NCBI GenBank assembly: GCA_964016885.1
Contig: OZ024742.1
Location: forward strand, 346,580,001 to 346,644,000
Direction of reading: 5' to 3'
Origin: Eledone cirrhosa
Lineage: Eukaryota
DNA length: 64,000 nucleotides
Positions 44,750 to 60,800 of the stretch are shown in pieces. The notes under the pieces are model-generated. The model worked only from the letters and a program-made list of their open reading frames with translations, was not told the DNA's origin and did not search any database. The translations under genes and the position numbers were made by a program. Position 1 is the stretch's first letter. The number at the start of each line of letters is the position of its first letter.

Positions 44750-47700
44750 TACTTGTATTATAAGCCCACATTAAGACACTTGTAATATAAGCCAACATTA
44801 AGATACTTGTAATATAAGCCTACATTAAGATACTTGTATTATAAGCCTACATTAAGATACTTGTAATATAAGCCTACATTAAGATACTTGTATTATAAGC
44901 CCACATTAAAATACTTGTATTATAAGCCCACATTAAGATACTTGTAATATAAGCCTACATTAAGATACTTGTATTATAAGCCCACATTAAGATACGTGTA
45001 ATATAAGCCAACATTAAGATACTTGTAATATAAGCCTAAATTAAGATACTCGTAATATAAGCCTCCATTAAGATACTTTTATTATAAGCCTACATTAAGA
45101 TACTTGTATTATAAGCCCACATTAAGATACTTGTAATATAAGCCTTCATTAAGATACTTGTAATATAAGTCTACATTAAGATACTTGTAATATAAGCCTA
45201 CATTAAGATACTTGTATTATAAGCCTACATTAAGATACTTGTAATATAAGCCGACATTAAGACACTTGTAATATAAGCGAAAATTAAGATACTTGCAATA
45301 TAAGCCCACATTAAGATACTTGTAATATAAGCCTTCATTAAGATACTTGTATTATAAGCCTACATTAAGATACTTGTATTATAAGCCTACATTAAGATAC
45401 TTGTATTATAAGCCTACATTAAGATACTTGTAATATAAGCCTACATTAAGATACTTGTATTATAAGCCTTCATTGAGATACTTGTATTATAAGCCAACAT
45501 TAAGACACTTGTAATATAAGCCTACATTAAGATACTTGTATTATAAGTCTACATTAAGAGACTTGTAATATAAGCCGACATTAAGATACTTGTATTATAA
45601 GCCTACATTAAGATACTTGTAATATAAGCCTACATTAAGATACTTGTATTATAAGCCTACATTAAGATACTTGCATTATAAGCCCACATTAAGATACTTG
45701 TAATATAAGCCTACATTAAGATACTTGTATTATAATCCTACATTAAGATACTTGTATTATAAGCCCACATTAAGATACTTGTAATATAATCCCACATTAA
45801 GATACTTGTAATATAATCCCACGTTAAGATACGTGTAAAATAAGCCAACATTAAGATACTTGTAATATAAGCCTACATTAAGATACTCGTAATATAAGCC
45901 TACATTAAGATACTTGTAATATAAGCCAACATTAAGATACTTGTAATATAAGCCCGCATTAAGATACTTGTAATATAAGCCAACATTAAGATACTTGTAT
46001 TATAAGCCTACATTAAAATTCTTGTAATATAAGCCGACATTAAGATACTTGTAATATAAGCCTTCATTAAGATACTTATAATATAAGCCAACATTAAGAT
46101 ATTTGTATTATAAGCCTACATTAAGATACTTGTAATATAAGCCTACATTAAGATAATTGTATTATAAGCCTACATTAAGATACTTGTAATATAAGCCTAA
46201 ATTAAGATACTTGTATTATAAGCACACATTAAGATACTTGTAATATAAGCCAACATTAAGATACTTGTATTATAAGCCTACATTAAGATACTTGGAATAT
46301 AAGCCTACATTAAGATACTTGTATTATAAGCCAATATTAAGATACTTGTATTATAATCCCACATTAAGATACTTGTAATATAAGCTTACATTAAGATACT
46401 TGTATTATAAGCCGACATTAAGATACTTGTATTATAATCCCACATTAAGATACTTGTAATATAAGCCTACATTAAGATACTTGTATTATAAGCCCACATT
46501 AAGACACGTGTAATATAAGCCAACATTAAGATACTTGTAATATAAGCCTTAATTAAGATGCTCGTAATATAAGCCTCCATTAAGATACTTGTATTATAAG
46601 CCTACATTAAGATACTTGTATTATAAGCCAACATTAAGATACTTGTAATATAAGCCTTCATTAAGATACTTGTAATATAAGTCTACATTAAGATACTTGT
46701 AATATAAGCCTACATAAAGATACTTGTATTATAAGCCTACATTAAGATACTTGTATTATAAGCCTACATTAAGATACTTGTAATATAAGCCAACATTAAG
46801 ATACTTGTATTATATGCCTACATTAAGATACTTGTATTATAAGCCCACATTAAGATACTTGTAATATAAGCCAACATTAAGATACTTGTATTATAAGCCT
46901 ACATTAAGATACTTGTAATATAAGCCTCCATTAAGATACTTGTATTATAAGCCTACATTAAGATACTTGTAATATAAGCCAACATTAAGATACTTGTAAT
47001 ATAAGCCAACATTAAGATACTTGTATTATAAGCCTACATTAAGATACTTGTAATATAAGCCGACATTAAGATACTTGTAATATATGCGAAAATTAAGATA
47101 CTTGTAATATAAGCCAACATTAAGATACTTGTAATATAAGCCTTCATTAAGATACCTGTATTATAAGCCTGCATTAAGATACTTGTAATATAACCCTACA
47201 TTAAGATACATGTATTATAAGCCTACATTAAGATACTTGTAATATAAGCCTAAATTAAGATAGTTGTATTATAAGCATACATTAAGATACTTGTATTATA
47301 AGCCTACATTAAGATACTTGTAATATAAGCCTGCATTAAGATACTTGTATTATAAGCCTACATTAAGATACTTGTATTATAATCCCACATTAAGATACTT
47401 GTAATATAAGCCTACATTAAGATACTTGTATTATAAGCACACATTCAGATACTTGTATTATAAGCCTACATTAAGATACTTGTAATATAAGCCAACATTA
47501 AGATACTTGTAATATAAGTCTACATTAAGATACTCGTAATATAAGCCTACATTAAGATGCTTGTAATATAAGCCTACATTAAGATACTTGTAATATAAGT
47601 CTACATTAAGATACTTGTAATATAAGCCTACATAAAGATACTTGTATTATAAGCCTACATTAAGATACTTGTATTATAAGCCTACATTAAGATACTTGTA

Positions 47701-50700
47701 ATATAAGCCAACATTAAGATACTTGTAATATAAGCCAACATTAAGATACTTGTATTATAAGCCTACATTAAGATACTTGTAATATAAGCCCACATTAAGA
47801 TACTTGTAATATAAGCCTACATTAAGATACGTGTAATATAAGCCTACATTAAGATACTTGTAATATAAGCCTACATTAAGATACATGTAATATAAGCCTT
47901 CATTAAGATACTTGTAATATAAGCCTACTTTAAGATACTTGTATTATAAGCCTACATTAAGATACTTGTATTATAAGCCCAGATTAAGACACTTGTAATA
48001 TAAGCCTACATTAAGATACTTGTATTATAAGTCTACATTAAGATACTTGTAATATAAGCCCGCATTAAGATACTTGTATTATAAGCCTAAATTAAGATAC
48101 TTGTAATATAAGACTACATTAAGATACTTGTATTATAACCCTACATTAAGATACTTGCATTATAAGTCCACATTAAGATACTTGTAATATAAGCCTACAT
48201 TAAGATACTTGTATTATAAGCCTACATTAAGATACTTGTATTATAAGCCCACATTAAGATACTTGTAATATAATCTCACATTAAGATACTTGTAATATAA
48301 TCCCACATTAAGATACTTGTTATATAATCCAACATTAAGATACTTGTAATATAAGCCTACATTAAGATACTTGTAATATAATCCCACATTAAGATACTTG
48401 TAATATAAGCCTAGGTTAAGATACGTGTAATATAAGCCAACATTAAGATACTTGTAATATAAGCCTACATTAAGATACTCGTAATATAAGCCTACATTAA
48501 GATACTTGTAATATAAGCCAACATTAAGATACTTGTATTATAAGCCTACATTAAGATACTTGTAATATAAGCCGACATTAAGATACTTGTAATATATGCA
48601 AAAATTAAGATACTTGTAATATAAGCCCACATTAAGATACTTGTAATATAAGCCTTCATTAAGATACCTGTATTATAAACCTACATTAAGATACTTGTAA
48701 TATAAGCCTAAATTAAGATAGTTGTATTATAAGCATACATTAAGATACTTGTATTATAAGCCGACATTAAGATACTTGTAATATAAGCCAACATTAAGAT
48801 ACTTGTAATATAAGCCTACATTAAGATACTTGTAATATAAGCCTACATTAAGATACTTGTATTATAAGCCTACATTAAGATACTTGTATTATAATCCCAC
48901 ATTAAGATACTTGTAATATAAGCCTACATTAAGATACTTGTATTATAAGCCCACATTCAGATACTTGTATTATAAGCCCACATTAAGATACTTGTAATAT
49001 AAGCCAACATTAAGATACTTGTAATATAAGTCTACATTAAGATACTCGTAATATAAGCCTACATTAAGATGCTTGTAATATAAGCCTACATTAAGATACT
49101 TGTAATATAATCCTACATTAAGATACTTGTAATATAAGCCTACATTAAGATACTCGTAATATAAGCCTACATTAAGATACTTGTATTATAAGCCTACATT
49201 AAGATACTTGTAATATAATCCCACATTAAGATACTTGTATTATAAGCCTTCATTAAGATACTTGTAATATAAGCCTACATTAAGATACTTGTATTATAAG
49301 CCTACATTGAGATACTTGTATTATAAGCCCACATTAAGACACTTGTAATATAAGCCAACATTAAGATACTTGTAATATAAGCCTACATTAAGATACTTGT
49401 ATTATAAGCCTACATTAAGATACTTGTAATATAAGCCTACATTAAGATACTTGTATTATAAGCCCACATTAAAATACTTGTATTATAAGCCCACATTAAG
49501 ATACTTGTAATATAAGCCTACATTAAGATACTTGTATTATAAGCCTACATTGAGATACTTGTATTATAAGCCCACATTAAGACACTTGTAATATAAGCCA
49601 ACATTAAGATACTTGTAATATAAGCCTACATTAAGATACTTGTATTATAAGCCTACATTAAGATACTTGTAATATAAGCCTACATTAAGATACTTGTATT
49701 ATAAGCCCACATTAAAATACTTGTATTATAAGCCCACATTAAGATACTTGTAATATAAGCCTACATTAAGATACTTGTATTATAAGCCCACATTAAGATA
49801 CGTGTAATATAAGCCAACATTAAGATACTTGTAATATAAGCCTAAATTAAGATACTCGTAATATAAGCCTCCATTAAGATACTTTTATTATAAGCCTACA
49901 TTAAGATACTTGTATTATAAGCCCACATTAAGATACTTGTAATATAAGCCTTCATTAAGATACTTGTAATATAAGTCTACATTAAGATACTTGTAATATA
50001 AGCCTACATTAAGATACTTGTATTATAAGCCTACATTAAGATACTTGTAATATAAGCCGACATTAAGACACTTGTAATATAAGCGAAAATTAAGATACTT
50101 GCAATATAAGCCCACATTAAGATACTTGTAATATAAGCCTTCATTAAGATACTTGTATTATAAGCCTACATTAAGATACTTGTATTATAAGCCTACATTA
50201 AGATACTTGTATTATAAGCCTACATTAAGATACTTGTAATATAAGCCTACATTAAGATACTTGTATTATAAGCCTTCATTGAGATACTTGTATTATAAGC
50301 CAACATTAAGACACTTGTAATATAAGCCTACATTAAGATACTTGTATTATAAGTCTACATTAAGAGACTTGTAATATAAGCCGACATTAAGATACTTGTA
50401 TTATAAGCCTACATTAAGATACTTGTAATATAAGCCTACATTAAGATACTTGTATTATAAGCCTACATTAAGATACTTGCATTATAAGCCCACATTAAGA
50501 TACTTGTAATATAAGCCTACATTAAGATACTTGTATTATAATCCTACATTAAGATACTTGTATTATAAGCCCACATTAAGATACTTGTAATATAATCCCA
50601 CATTAAGATACTTGTAATATAATCCCACGTTAAGATACGTGTAAAATAAGCCAACATTAAGATACTTGTAATATAAGCCTACATTAAGATACTCGTAATA

Positions 50701-53700
50701 TAAGCCTACATTAAGATACTTGTAATATAAGCCAACATTAAGATACTTGTAATATAAGCCCGCATTAAGATACTTGTAATATAAGCCAACATTAAGATAC
50801 TTGTATTATAAGCCTACATTAAAATTCTTGTAATATAAGCCGACATTAAGATACTTGTAATATAAGCCTTCATTAAGATACTTATAATATAAGCCAACAT
50901 TAAGATATTTGTATTATAAGCCTACATTAAGATACTTGTAATATAAGCCTACATTAAGATAATTGTATTATAAGCCTACATTAAGATACTTGTAATATAA
51001 GCCTAAATTAAGATACTTGTATTATAAGCACACATTAAGATACTTGTAATATAAGCCAACATTAAGATACTTGTATTATAAGCCTACATTAAGATACTTG
51101 GAATATAAGCCTACATTAAGATACTTGTATTATAAGCCAATATTAAGATACTTGTATTATAATCCCACATTAAGATACTTGTAATATAAGCTTACATTAA
51201 GATACTTGTATTATAAGCCGACATTAAGATACTTGTATTATAATCCCACATTAAGATACTTGTAATATAAGCCTACATTAAGATACTTGTATTATAAGCC
51301 CACATTAAGACACGTGTAATATAAGCCAACATTAAGATACTTGTAATATAAGCCTTAATTAAGATGCTCGTAATATAAGCCTCCATTAAGATACTTGTAT
51401 TATAAGCCTACATTAAGATACTTGTATTATAAGCCAACATTAAGATACTTGTAATATAAGCCTTCATTAAGATACTTGTAATATAAGTCTACATTAAGAT
51501 ACTTGTAATATAAGCCTACATAAAGATACTTGTATTATAAGCCTACATTAAGATACTTGTATTATAAGCCTACATTAAGATACTTGTAATATAAGCCAAC
51601 ATTAAGATACTTGTATTATATGCCTACATTAAGATACTTGTATTATAAGCCCACATTAAGATACTTGTAATATAAGCCAACATTAAGATACTTGTATTAT
51701 AAGCCTACATTAAGATACTTGTAATATAAGCCTCCATTAAGATACTTGTATTATAAGCCTACATTAAGATACTTGTAATATAAGCCAACATTAAGATACT
51801 TGTAATATAAGCCAACATTAAGATACTTGTATTATAAGCCTACATTAAGATACTTGTAATATAAGCCGACATTAAGATACTTGTAATATATGCGAAAATT
51901 AAGATACTTGTAATATAAGCCAACATTAAGATACTTGTAATATAAGCCTTCATTAAGATACCTGTATTATAAGCCTGCATTAAGATACTTGTAATATAAC
52001 CCTACATTAAGATACATGTATTATAAGCCTACATTAAGATACTTGTAATATAAGCCTAAATTAAGATAGTTGTATTATAAGCATACATTAAGATACTTGT
52101 ATTATAAGCCTACATTAAGATACTTGTAATATAAGCCAACATTAAGATACTTGTATTATAAGCCTACATTAAGATACTTGTAATATAAGCCTGCATTAAG
52201 ATACTTGTATTATAAGCCTACATTAAGATACTTGTATTATAATCCCACATTAAGATACTTGTAATATAAGCCTACATTAAGATACTTGTATTATAAGCAC
52301 ACATTCAGATACTTGTATTATAAGCCTACATTAAGATACTTGTAATATAAGCCAACATTAAGATACTTGTAATATAAGTCTACATTAAGATACTCGTAAT
52401 ATAAGCCTACATTAAGATGCTTGTAATATAAGCCTACATTAAGATACTTGTAATATAAGTCTACATTAAGATACTTGTAATATAAGCCTACATAAAGATA
52501 CTTGTATTATAAGCCTACATTAAGATACTTGTATTATAAGCCTACATTAAGATACTTGTAATATAAGCCAACATTAAGATACTTGTAATATAAGCCAACA
52601 TTAAGATACTTGTATTATAAGCCTACATTAAGATACTTGTAATATAAGCCCACATTAAGATACTTGTAATATAAGCCTACATTAAGATACGTGTAATATA
52701 AGCCTACATTAAGATACTTGTAATATAAGCCTACATTAAGATACATGTAATATAAGCCTTCATTAAGATACTTGTAATATAAGCCTACTTTAAGATACTT
52801 GTATTATAAGCCTACATTAAGATACTTGTATTATAAGCCCAGATTAAGACACTTGTAATATAAGCCTACATTAAGATACTTGTATTATAAGTCTACATTA
52901 AGATACTTGTAATATAAGCCCGCATTAAGATACTTGTATTATAAGCCTAAATTAAGATACTTGTAATATAAGACTACATTAAGATACTTGTATTATAACC
53001 CTACATTAAGATACTTGCATTATAAGTCCACATTAAGATACTTGTAATATAAGCCTACATTAAGATACTTGTATTATAAGCCTACATTAAGATACTTGTA
53101 TTATAAGCCCACATTAAGATACTTGTAATATAATCTCACATTAAGATACTTGTAATATAATCCCACATTAAGATACTTGTTATATAATCCAACATTAAGA
53201 TACTTGTAATATAAGCCTACATTAAGATACTTGTAATATAATCCCACATTAAGATACTTGTAATATAAGCCTAGGTTAAGATACGTGTAATATAAGCCAA
53301 CATTAAGATACTTGTAATATAAGCCTACATTAAGATACTCGTAATATAAGCCTACATTAAGATACTTGTAATATAAGCCAACATTAAGATACTTGTATTA
53401 TAAGCCTACATTAAGATACTTGTAATATAAGCCGACATTAAGATACTTGTAATATATGCAAAAATTAAGATACTTGTAATATAAGCCCACATTAAGATAC
53501 TTGTAATATAAGCCTTCATTAAGATACCTGTATTATAAACCTACATTAAGATACTTGTAATATAAGCCTAAATTAAGATAGTTGTATTATAAGCATACAT
53601 TAAGATACTTGTATTATAAGCCGACATTAAGATACTTGTAATATAAGCCAACATTAAGATACTTGTAATATAAGCCTACATTAAGATACTTGTAATATAA

Positions 53701-56700
53701 GCCTACATTAAGATACTTGTATTATAAGCCTACATTAAGATACTTGTATTATAATCCCACATTAAGATACTTGTAATATAAGCCTACATTAAGATACTTG
53801 TATTATAAGCCCACATTCAGATACTTGTATTATAAGCCCACATTAAGATACTTGTAATATAAGCCAACATTAAGATACTTGTAATATAAGTCTACATTAA
53901 GATACTCGTAATATAAGCCTACATTAAGATGCTTGTAATATAAGCCTACATTAAGATACTTGTAATATAATCCTACATTAAGATACTTGTAATATAAGCC
54001 TACATTAAGATACTCGTAATATAAGCCTACATTAAGATACTTGTATTATAAGCCTACATTAAGATACTTGTAATATAATCCCACATTAAGATACTTGTAT
54101 TATAAGCCTTCATTAAGATACTTGTAATATAAGCCTACATTAAGATACTTGTATTATAAGCCTACATTGAGATACTTGTATTATAAGCCCACATTAAGAC
54201 ACTTGTAATATAAGCCAACATTAAGATACTTGTAATATAAGCCTACATTAAGATACTTGTATTATAAGCCTACATTAAGATACTTGTAATATAAGCCTAC
54301 ATTAAGATACTTGTATTATAAGCCCACATTAAAATACTTGTATTATAAGCCCACATTAAGATACTTGTAATATAAGCCTACATTAAGATACTTGTATTAT
54401 AAGCCCACATTAAGATACGTGTAATATAAGCCAACATTAAGATACTTGTAATATAAGCCTAAATTAAGATACACGTAATATAAGCCTCCATTAAGATACT
54501 TTTATTATAAGCCTACATTAAGATACTTGTATTATAAGCCCACATTAAGATACTTGTAATATAAGCCTTCATTAAGATACTTGTAATATAAGTCTACATT
54601 AAGATACTTGTAATATAAGCCTACATTAAGATACTTGTATTATAAGCCTACATTAAGATACTTGTAATATAAGCCGACATTAAGACACTTGTAATATAAG
54701 CGAAAATTAAGATACTTGCAATATAAGCCCACATTAAGATACTTGTAATATAAGCCTTCATTAAGATACTTGTATTATAAGCCTACATTAAGATACTTGT
54801 ATTATAAGCCTACATTAAGATACTTGTATTATAAGCCTACATTAAGATACTTGTAATATAAGCCTACATTAAGATACTTGTATTATAAGCCTTCATTGAG
54901 ATACTTGTATTATAAGCCAACATTAAGACACTTGTAATATAAGCCTACATTAAGATACTTGTATTATAAGTCTACATTAAGAGACTTGTAATATAAGCCG
55001 ACATTAAGATACTTGTATTATAAGCCTACATTAAGATACTTGTAATATAAGCCTACATTAAGATACTTGTATTATAAGCCTACATTAAGATACTTGCATT
55101 ATAAGCCCACATTAAGATACTTGTAATATAAGCCTACATTAAGATACTTGTATTATAATCCTACATTAAGATACTTGTATTATAAGCCCACATTAAGATA
55201 CTTGTAATATAATCCCACATTAAGATACTTGTAATATAATCCCACGTTAAGATACGTGTAAAATAAGCCAACATTAAGATACTTGTAATATAAGCCTACA
55301 TTAAGATACTCGTAATATAAGCCTACATTAAGATACTTGTAATATAAGCCAACATTAAGATACTTGTAATATAAGCCCGCATTAAGATACTTGTAATATA
55401 AGCCAACATTAAGATACTTGTATTATAAGCCTACATTAAAATTCTTGTAATATAAGCCGACATTAAGATACTTGTAATATAAGCCTTCATTAAGATACTT
55501 ATAATATAAGCCAACATTAAGATATTTGTATTATAAGCCTACATTAAGATACTTGTAATATAAGCCTACATTAAGATAATTGTATTATAAGCCTACATTA
55601 AGATACTTGTAATATAAGCCTAAATTAAGATACTTGTATTATAAGCACACATTAAGATACTTGTAATATAAGCCAACATTAAGATACTTGTATTATAAGC
55701 CTACATTAAGATACTTGGAATATAAGCCTACATTAAGATACTTGTATTATAAGCCAATATTAAGATACTTGTATTATAATCCCACATTAAGATACTTGTA
55801 ATATAAGCTTACATTAAGATACTTGTATTATAAGCCGACATTAAGATACTTGTATTATAATCCCACATTAAGATACTTGTAATATAAGCCTACATTAAGA
55901 TACTTGTATTATAAGCCCACATTAAGACACGTGTAATATAAGCCAACATTAAGATACTTGTAATATAAGCCTTAATTAAGATGCTCGTAATATAAGCCTC
56001 CATTAAGATACTTGTATTATAAGCCTACATTAAGATACTTGTATTATAAGCCAACATTAAGATACTTGTAATATAAGCCTTCATTAAGATACTTGTAATA
56101 TAAGTCTACATTAAGATACTTGTAATATAAGCCTACATAAAGATACTTGTATTATAAGCCTACATTAAGATACTTGTATTATAAGCCTACATTAAGATAC
56201 TTGTAATATAAGCCAACATTAAGATACTTGTATTATATGCCTACATTAAGATACTTGTATTATAAGCCCACATTAAGATACTTGTAATATAAGCCAACAT
56301 TAAGATACTTGTATTATAAGCCTACATTAAGATACTTGTAATATAAGCCTCCATTAAGATACTTGTATTATAAGCCTACATTAAGATACTTGTAATATAA
56401 GCCAACATTAAGATACTTGTAATATAAGCCAACATTAAGATACTTGTATTATAAGCCTACATTAAGATACTTGTAATATAAGCCGACATTAAGATACTTG
56501 TAATATATGCGAAAATTAAGATACTTGTAATATAAGCCAACATTAAGATACTTGTAATATAAGCCTTCATTAAGATACCTGTATTATAAGCCTGCATTAA
56601 GATACTTGTAATATAACCCTACATTAAGATACATGTATTATAAGCCTACATTAAGATACTTGTAATATAAGCCTAAATTAAGATAGTTGTATTATAAGCA

Positions 56701-59700
56701 TACATTAAGATACTTGTATTATAAGCCTACATTAAGATACTTGTAATATAAGCCAACATTAAGATACTTGTATTATAAGCCTACATTAAGATACTTGTAA
56801 TATAAGCCTGCATTAAGATACTTGTATTATAAGCCTACATTAAGATACTTGTATTATAATCCCACATTAAGATACTTGTAATATAAGCCTACATTAAGAT
56901 ACTTGTATTATAAGCACACATTCAGATACTTGTATTATAAGCCTACATTAAGATACTTGTAATATAAGCCAACATTAAGATACTTGTAATATAAGTCTAC
57001 ATTAAGATACTCGTAATATAAGCCTACATTAAGATGCTTGTAATATAAGCCTACATTAAGATACTTGTAATATAAGTCTACATTAAGATACTTGTAATAT
57101 AAGCCTACATAAAGATACTTGTATTATAAGCCTACATTAAGATACTTGTATTATAAGCCTACATTAAGATACTTGTAATATAAGCCAACATTAAGATACT
57201 TGTAATATAAGCCAACATTAAGATACTTGTATTATAAGCCTACATTAAGATACTTGTAATATAAGCCCACATTAAGATACTTGTAATATAAGCCTACATT
57301 AAGATACGTGTAATATAAGCCTACATTAAGATACTTGTAATATAAGCCTACATTAAGATACATGTAATATAAGCCTTCATTAAGATACTTGTAATATAAG
57401 CCTACTTTAAGATACTTGTATTATAAGCCTACATTAAGATACTTGTATTATAAGCCCAGATTAAGACACTTGTAATATAAGCCTACATTAAGATACTTGT
57501 ATTATAAGTCTACATTAAGATACTTGTAATATAAGCCCGCATTAAGATACTTGTATTATAAGCCTAAATTAAGATACTTGTAATATAAGACTACATTAAG
57601 ATACTTGTATTATAACCCTACATTAAGATACTTGCATTATAAGTCCACATTAAGATACTTGTAATATAAGCCTACATTAAGATACTTGTATTATAAGCCT
57701 ACATTAAGATACTTGTATTATAAGCCCACATTAAGATACTTGTAATATAATCTCACATTAAGATACTTGTAATATAATCCCACATTAAGATACTTGTTAT
57801 ATAATCCAACATTAAGATACTTGTAATATAAGCCTACATTAAGATACTTGTAATATAATCCCACATTAAGATACTTGTAATATAAGCCTAGGTTAAGATA
57901 CGTGTAATATAAGCCAACATTAAGATACTTGTAATATAAGCCTACATTAAGATACTCGTAATATAAGCCTACATTAAGATACTTGTAATATAAGCCAACA
58001 TTAAGATACTTGTATTATAAGCCTACATTAAGATACTTGTAATATAAGCCGACATTAAGATACTTGTAATATATGCAAAAATTAAGATACTTGTAATATA
58101 AGCCCACATTAAGATACTTGTAATATAAGCCTTCATTAAGATACCTGTATTATAAACCTACATTAAGATACTTGTAATATAAGCCTAAATTAAGATAGTT
58201 GTATTATAAGCATACATTAAGATACTTGTATTATAAGCCGACATTAAGATACTTGTAATATAAGCCAACATTAAGATACTTGTAATATAAGCCTACATTA
58301 AGATACTTGTAATATAAGCCTACATTAAGATACTTGTATTATAAGCCTACATTAAGATACTTGTATTATAATCCCACATTAAGATACTTGTAATATAAGC
58401 CTACATTAAGATACTTGTATTATAAGCCCACATTCAGATACTTGTATTATAAGCCCACATTAAGATACTTGTAATATAAGCCAACATTAAGATACTTGTA
58501 ATATAAGTCTACATTAAGATACTCGTAATATAAGCCTACATTAAGATGCTTGTAATATAAGCCTACATTAAGATACTTGTAATATAATCCTACATTAAGA
58601 TACTTGTAATATAAGCCTACATTAAGATACTCGTAATATAAGCCTACATTAAGATACTTGTATTATAAGCCTACATTAAGATACTTGTAATATAATCCCA
58701 CATTAAGATACTTGTATTATAAGCCTTCATTAAGATACTTGTAATATAAGCCTACATTAAGATACTTGTATTATAAGCCTACATTGAGATACTTGTATTA
58801 TAAGCCCACATTAAGACACTTGTAATATAAGCCAACATTAAGATACTTGTAATATAAGCCTACATTAAGATACTTGTATTATAAGCCTACATTAAGATAC
58901 TTGTAATATAAGCCTACATTAAGATACTTGTATTATAAGCCCACATTAAAATACTTGTATTATAAGCCCACATTAAGATACTTGTAATATAAGCCTACAT
59001 TAAGATACTTGTATTATAAGCCCACATTAAGATACGTGTAATATAAGCCAACATTAAGATACTTGTAATATAAGCCTAAATTAAGATACACGTAATATAA
59101 GCCTCCATTAAGATACTTTTATTATAAGCCTACATTAAGATACTTGTATTATAAGCCCACATTAAGATACTTGTAATATAAGCCTTCATTAAGATACTTG
59201 TAATATAAGTCTACATTAAGATACTTGTAATATAAGCCTACATTAAGATACTTGTATTATAAGCCTACATTAAGATACTTGTAATATAAGCCGACATTAA
59301 GACACTTGTAATATAAGCGAAAATTAAGATACTTGCAATATAAGCCCACATTAAGATACTTGTAATATAAGCCTTCATTAAGATACTTGTATTATAAGCC
59401 TACATTAAGATACTTGTATTATAAGCCTACATTAAGATACTTGTATTATAAGCCTACATTAAGATACTTGTAATATAAGCCTACATTAAGATACTTGTAT
59501 TATAAGCCTTCATTGAGATACTTGTATTATAAGCCAACATTAAGACACTTGTAATATAAGCCTACATTAAGATACTTGTATTATAAGTCTACATTAAGAG
59601 ACTTGTAATATAAGCCGACATTAAGATACTTGTATTATAAGCCTACATTAAGATACTTGTAATATAAGCCTACATTAAGATACTTGTATTATAAGCCTAC

Positions 59701-60800
59701 ATTAAGATACTTGCATTATAAGCCCACATTAAGATACTTGTAATATAAGCCTACATTAAGATACTTGTATTATAATCCTACATTAAGATACTTGTATTAT
59801 AAGCCCACATTAAGATACTTGTAATATAATCCCACATTAAGATACTTGTAATATAATCCCACGTTAAGATACGTGTAAAATAAGCCAACATTAAGATACT
59901 TGTAATATAAGCCTACATTAAGATACTCGTAATATAAGCCTACATTAAGATACTTGTAATATAAGCCAACATTAAGATACTTGTAATATAAGCCCACATT
60001 AAGATACTTGTAATATAAGCCAACATTAAGATACTTGTATTATAAGCCTACATTAAAATTCTTGTAATATAAGCCGACATTAAGATACTTGTAATATAAG
60101 CCTTCATTAAGATACTTATAATATAAGCCAACATTAAGATATTTGTATTATAAGCCTACATTAAGATACTTGTAATATAAGCCTACATTAAGATAATTGT
60201 ATTATAAGCCTACATTAAGATACTTGTAATATAAGCCTAAATTAAGATACTTGTATTATAAGCACACATTAAGATACTTGTAATATAAGCCAACATTAAG
60301 ATACTTGTATTATAAGCCTACATTAAGATACTTGGAATATAAGCCTACATTAAGATACTTGTATTATAAGCCAATATTAAGATACTTGTATTATAATCCC
60401 ACATTAAGATACTTGTAATATAAGCTTACATTAAGATACTTGTATTATAAGCCGACATTAAGATACTTGTATTATAATCCCACATTAAGATACTTGTAAT
60501 ATAAGCCTACATTAAGATACTTGTATTATAAGCCCACATTAAGACACGTGTAATATAAGCCAACATTAAGATACTTGTAATATAAGCCTTAATTAAGATG
60601 CTCGTAATATAAGCCTCCATTAAGATACTTGTATTATAAGCCTACATTAAGATACTTGTATTATAAACCAACATTAAGATACTTGTAATATAAGCCTTCA
60701 TTAAGATACTTGTAATATAAGTCTACATTAAGATACTTGTAATATAAGCCTACATAAAGATACTTGTATTATAAGCCTACATTAAGATACTTGTATTATA
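44750..60800. repeat. Higher-order repeat with a 171-monomer unit (4,617 bp), about 3.5 copies; the first period is 178 monomers
   Basis: The gaGacttg marker is at 45560, 50366, 54983 and 59600 (spacings 4806 = 178x27, 4617, 4617). gatacAcgt is at 54473/59090 (+4617). The order of variant monomers is conserved between copies. Confidence 0.92.

Noticed and set aside
11363-59997. Five identical 66-aa minus-strand ORFs (GLYYKYLNV repeats) at 11363, 22835, 38440, 42220 and 59797
   Set aside because: They are runs of about seven A-type monomers with a GTG 'start' created by the ccc variant, and they end at the next T-type monomer. Their identity reflects block duplication. Homologous loci near 45.8, 50.6 and 55.2 kb lose the call through a single GTG-to-GCG change. 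There is no gene context.
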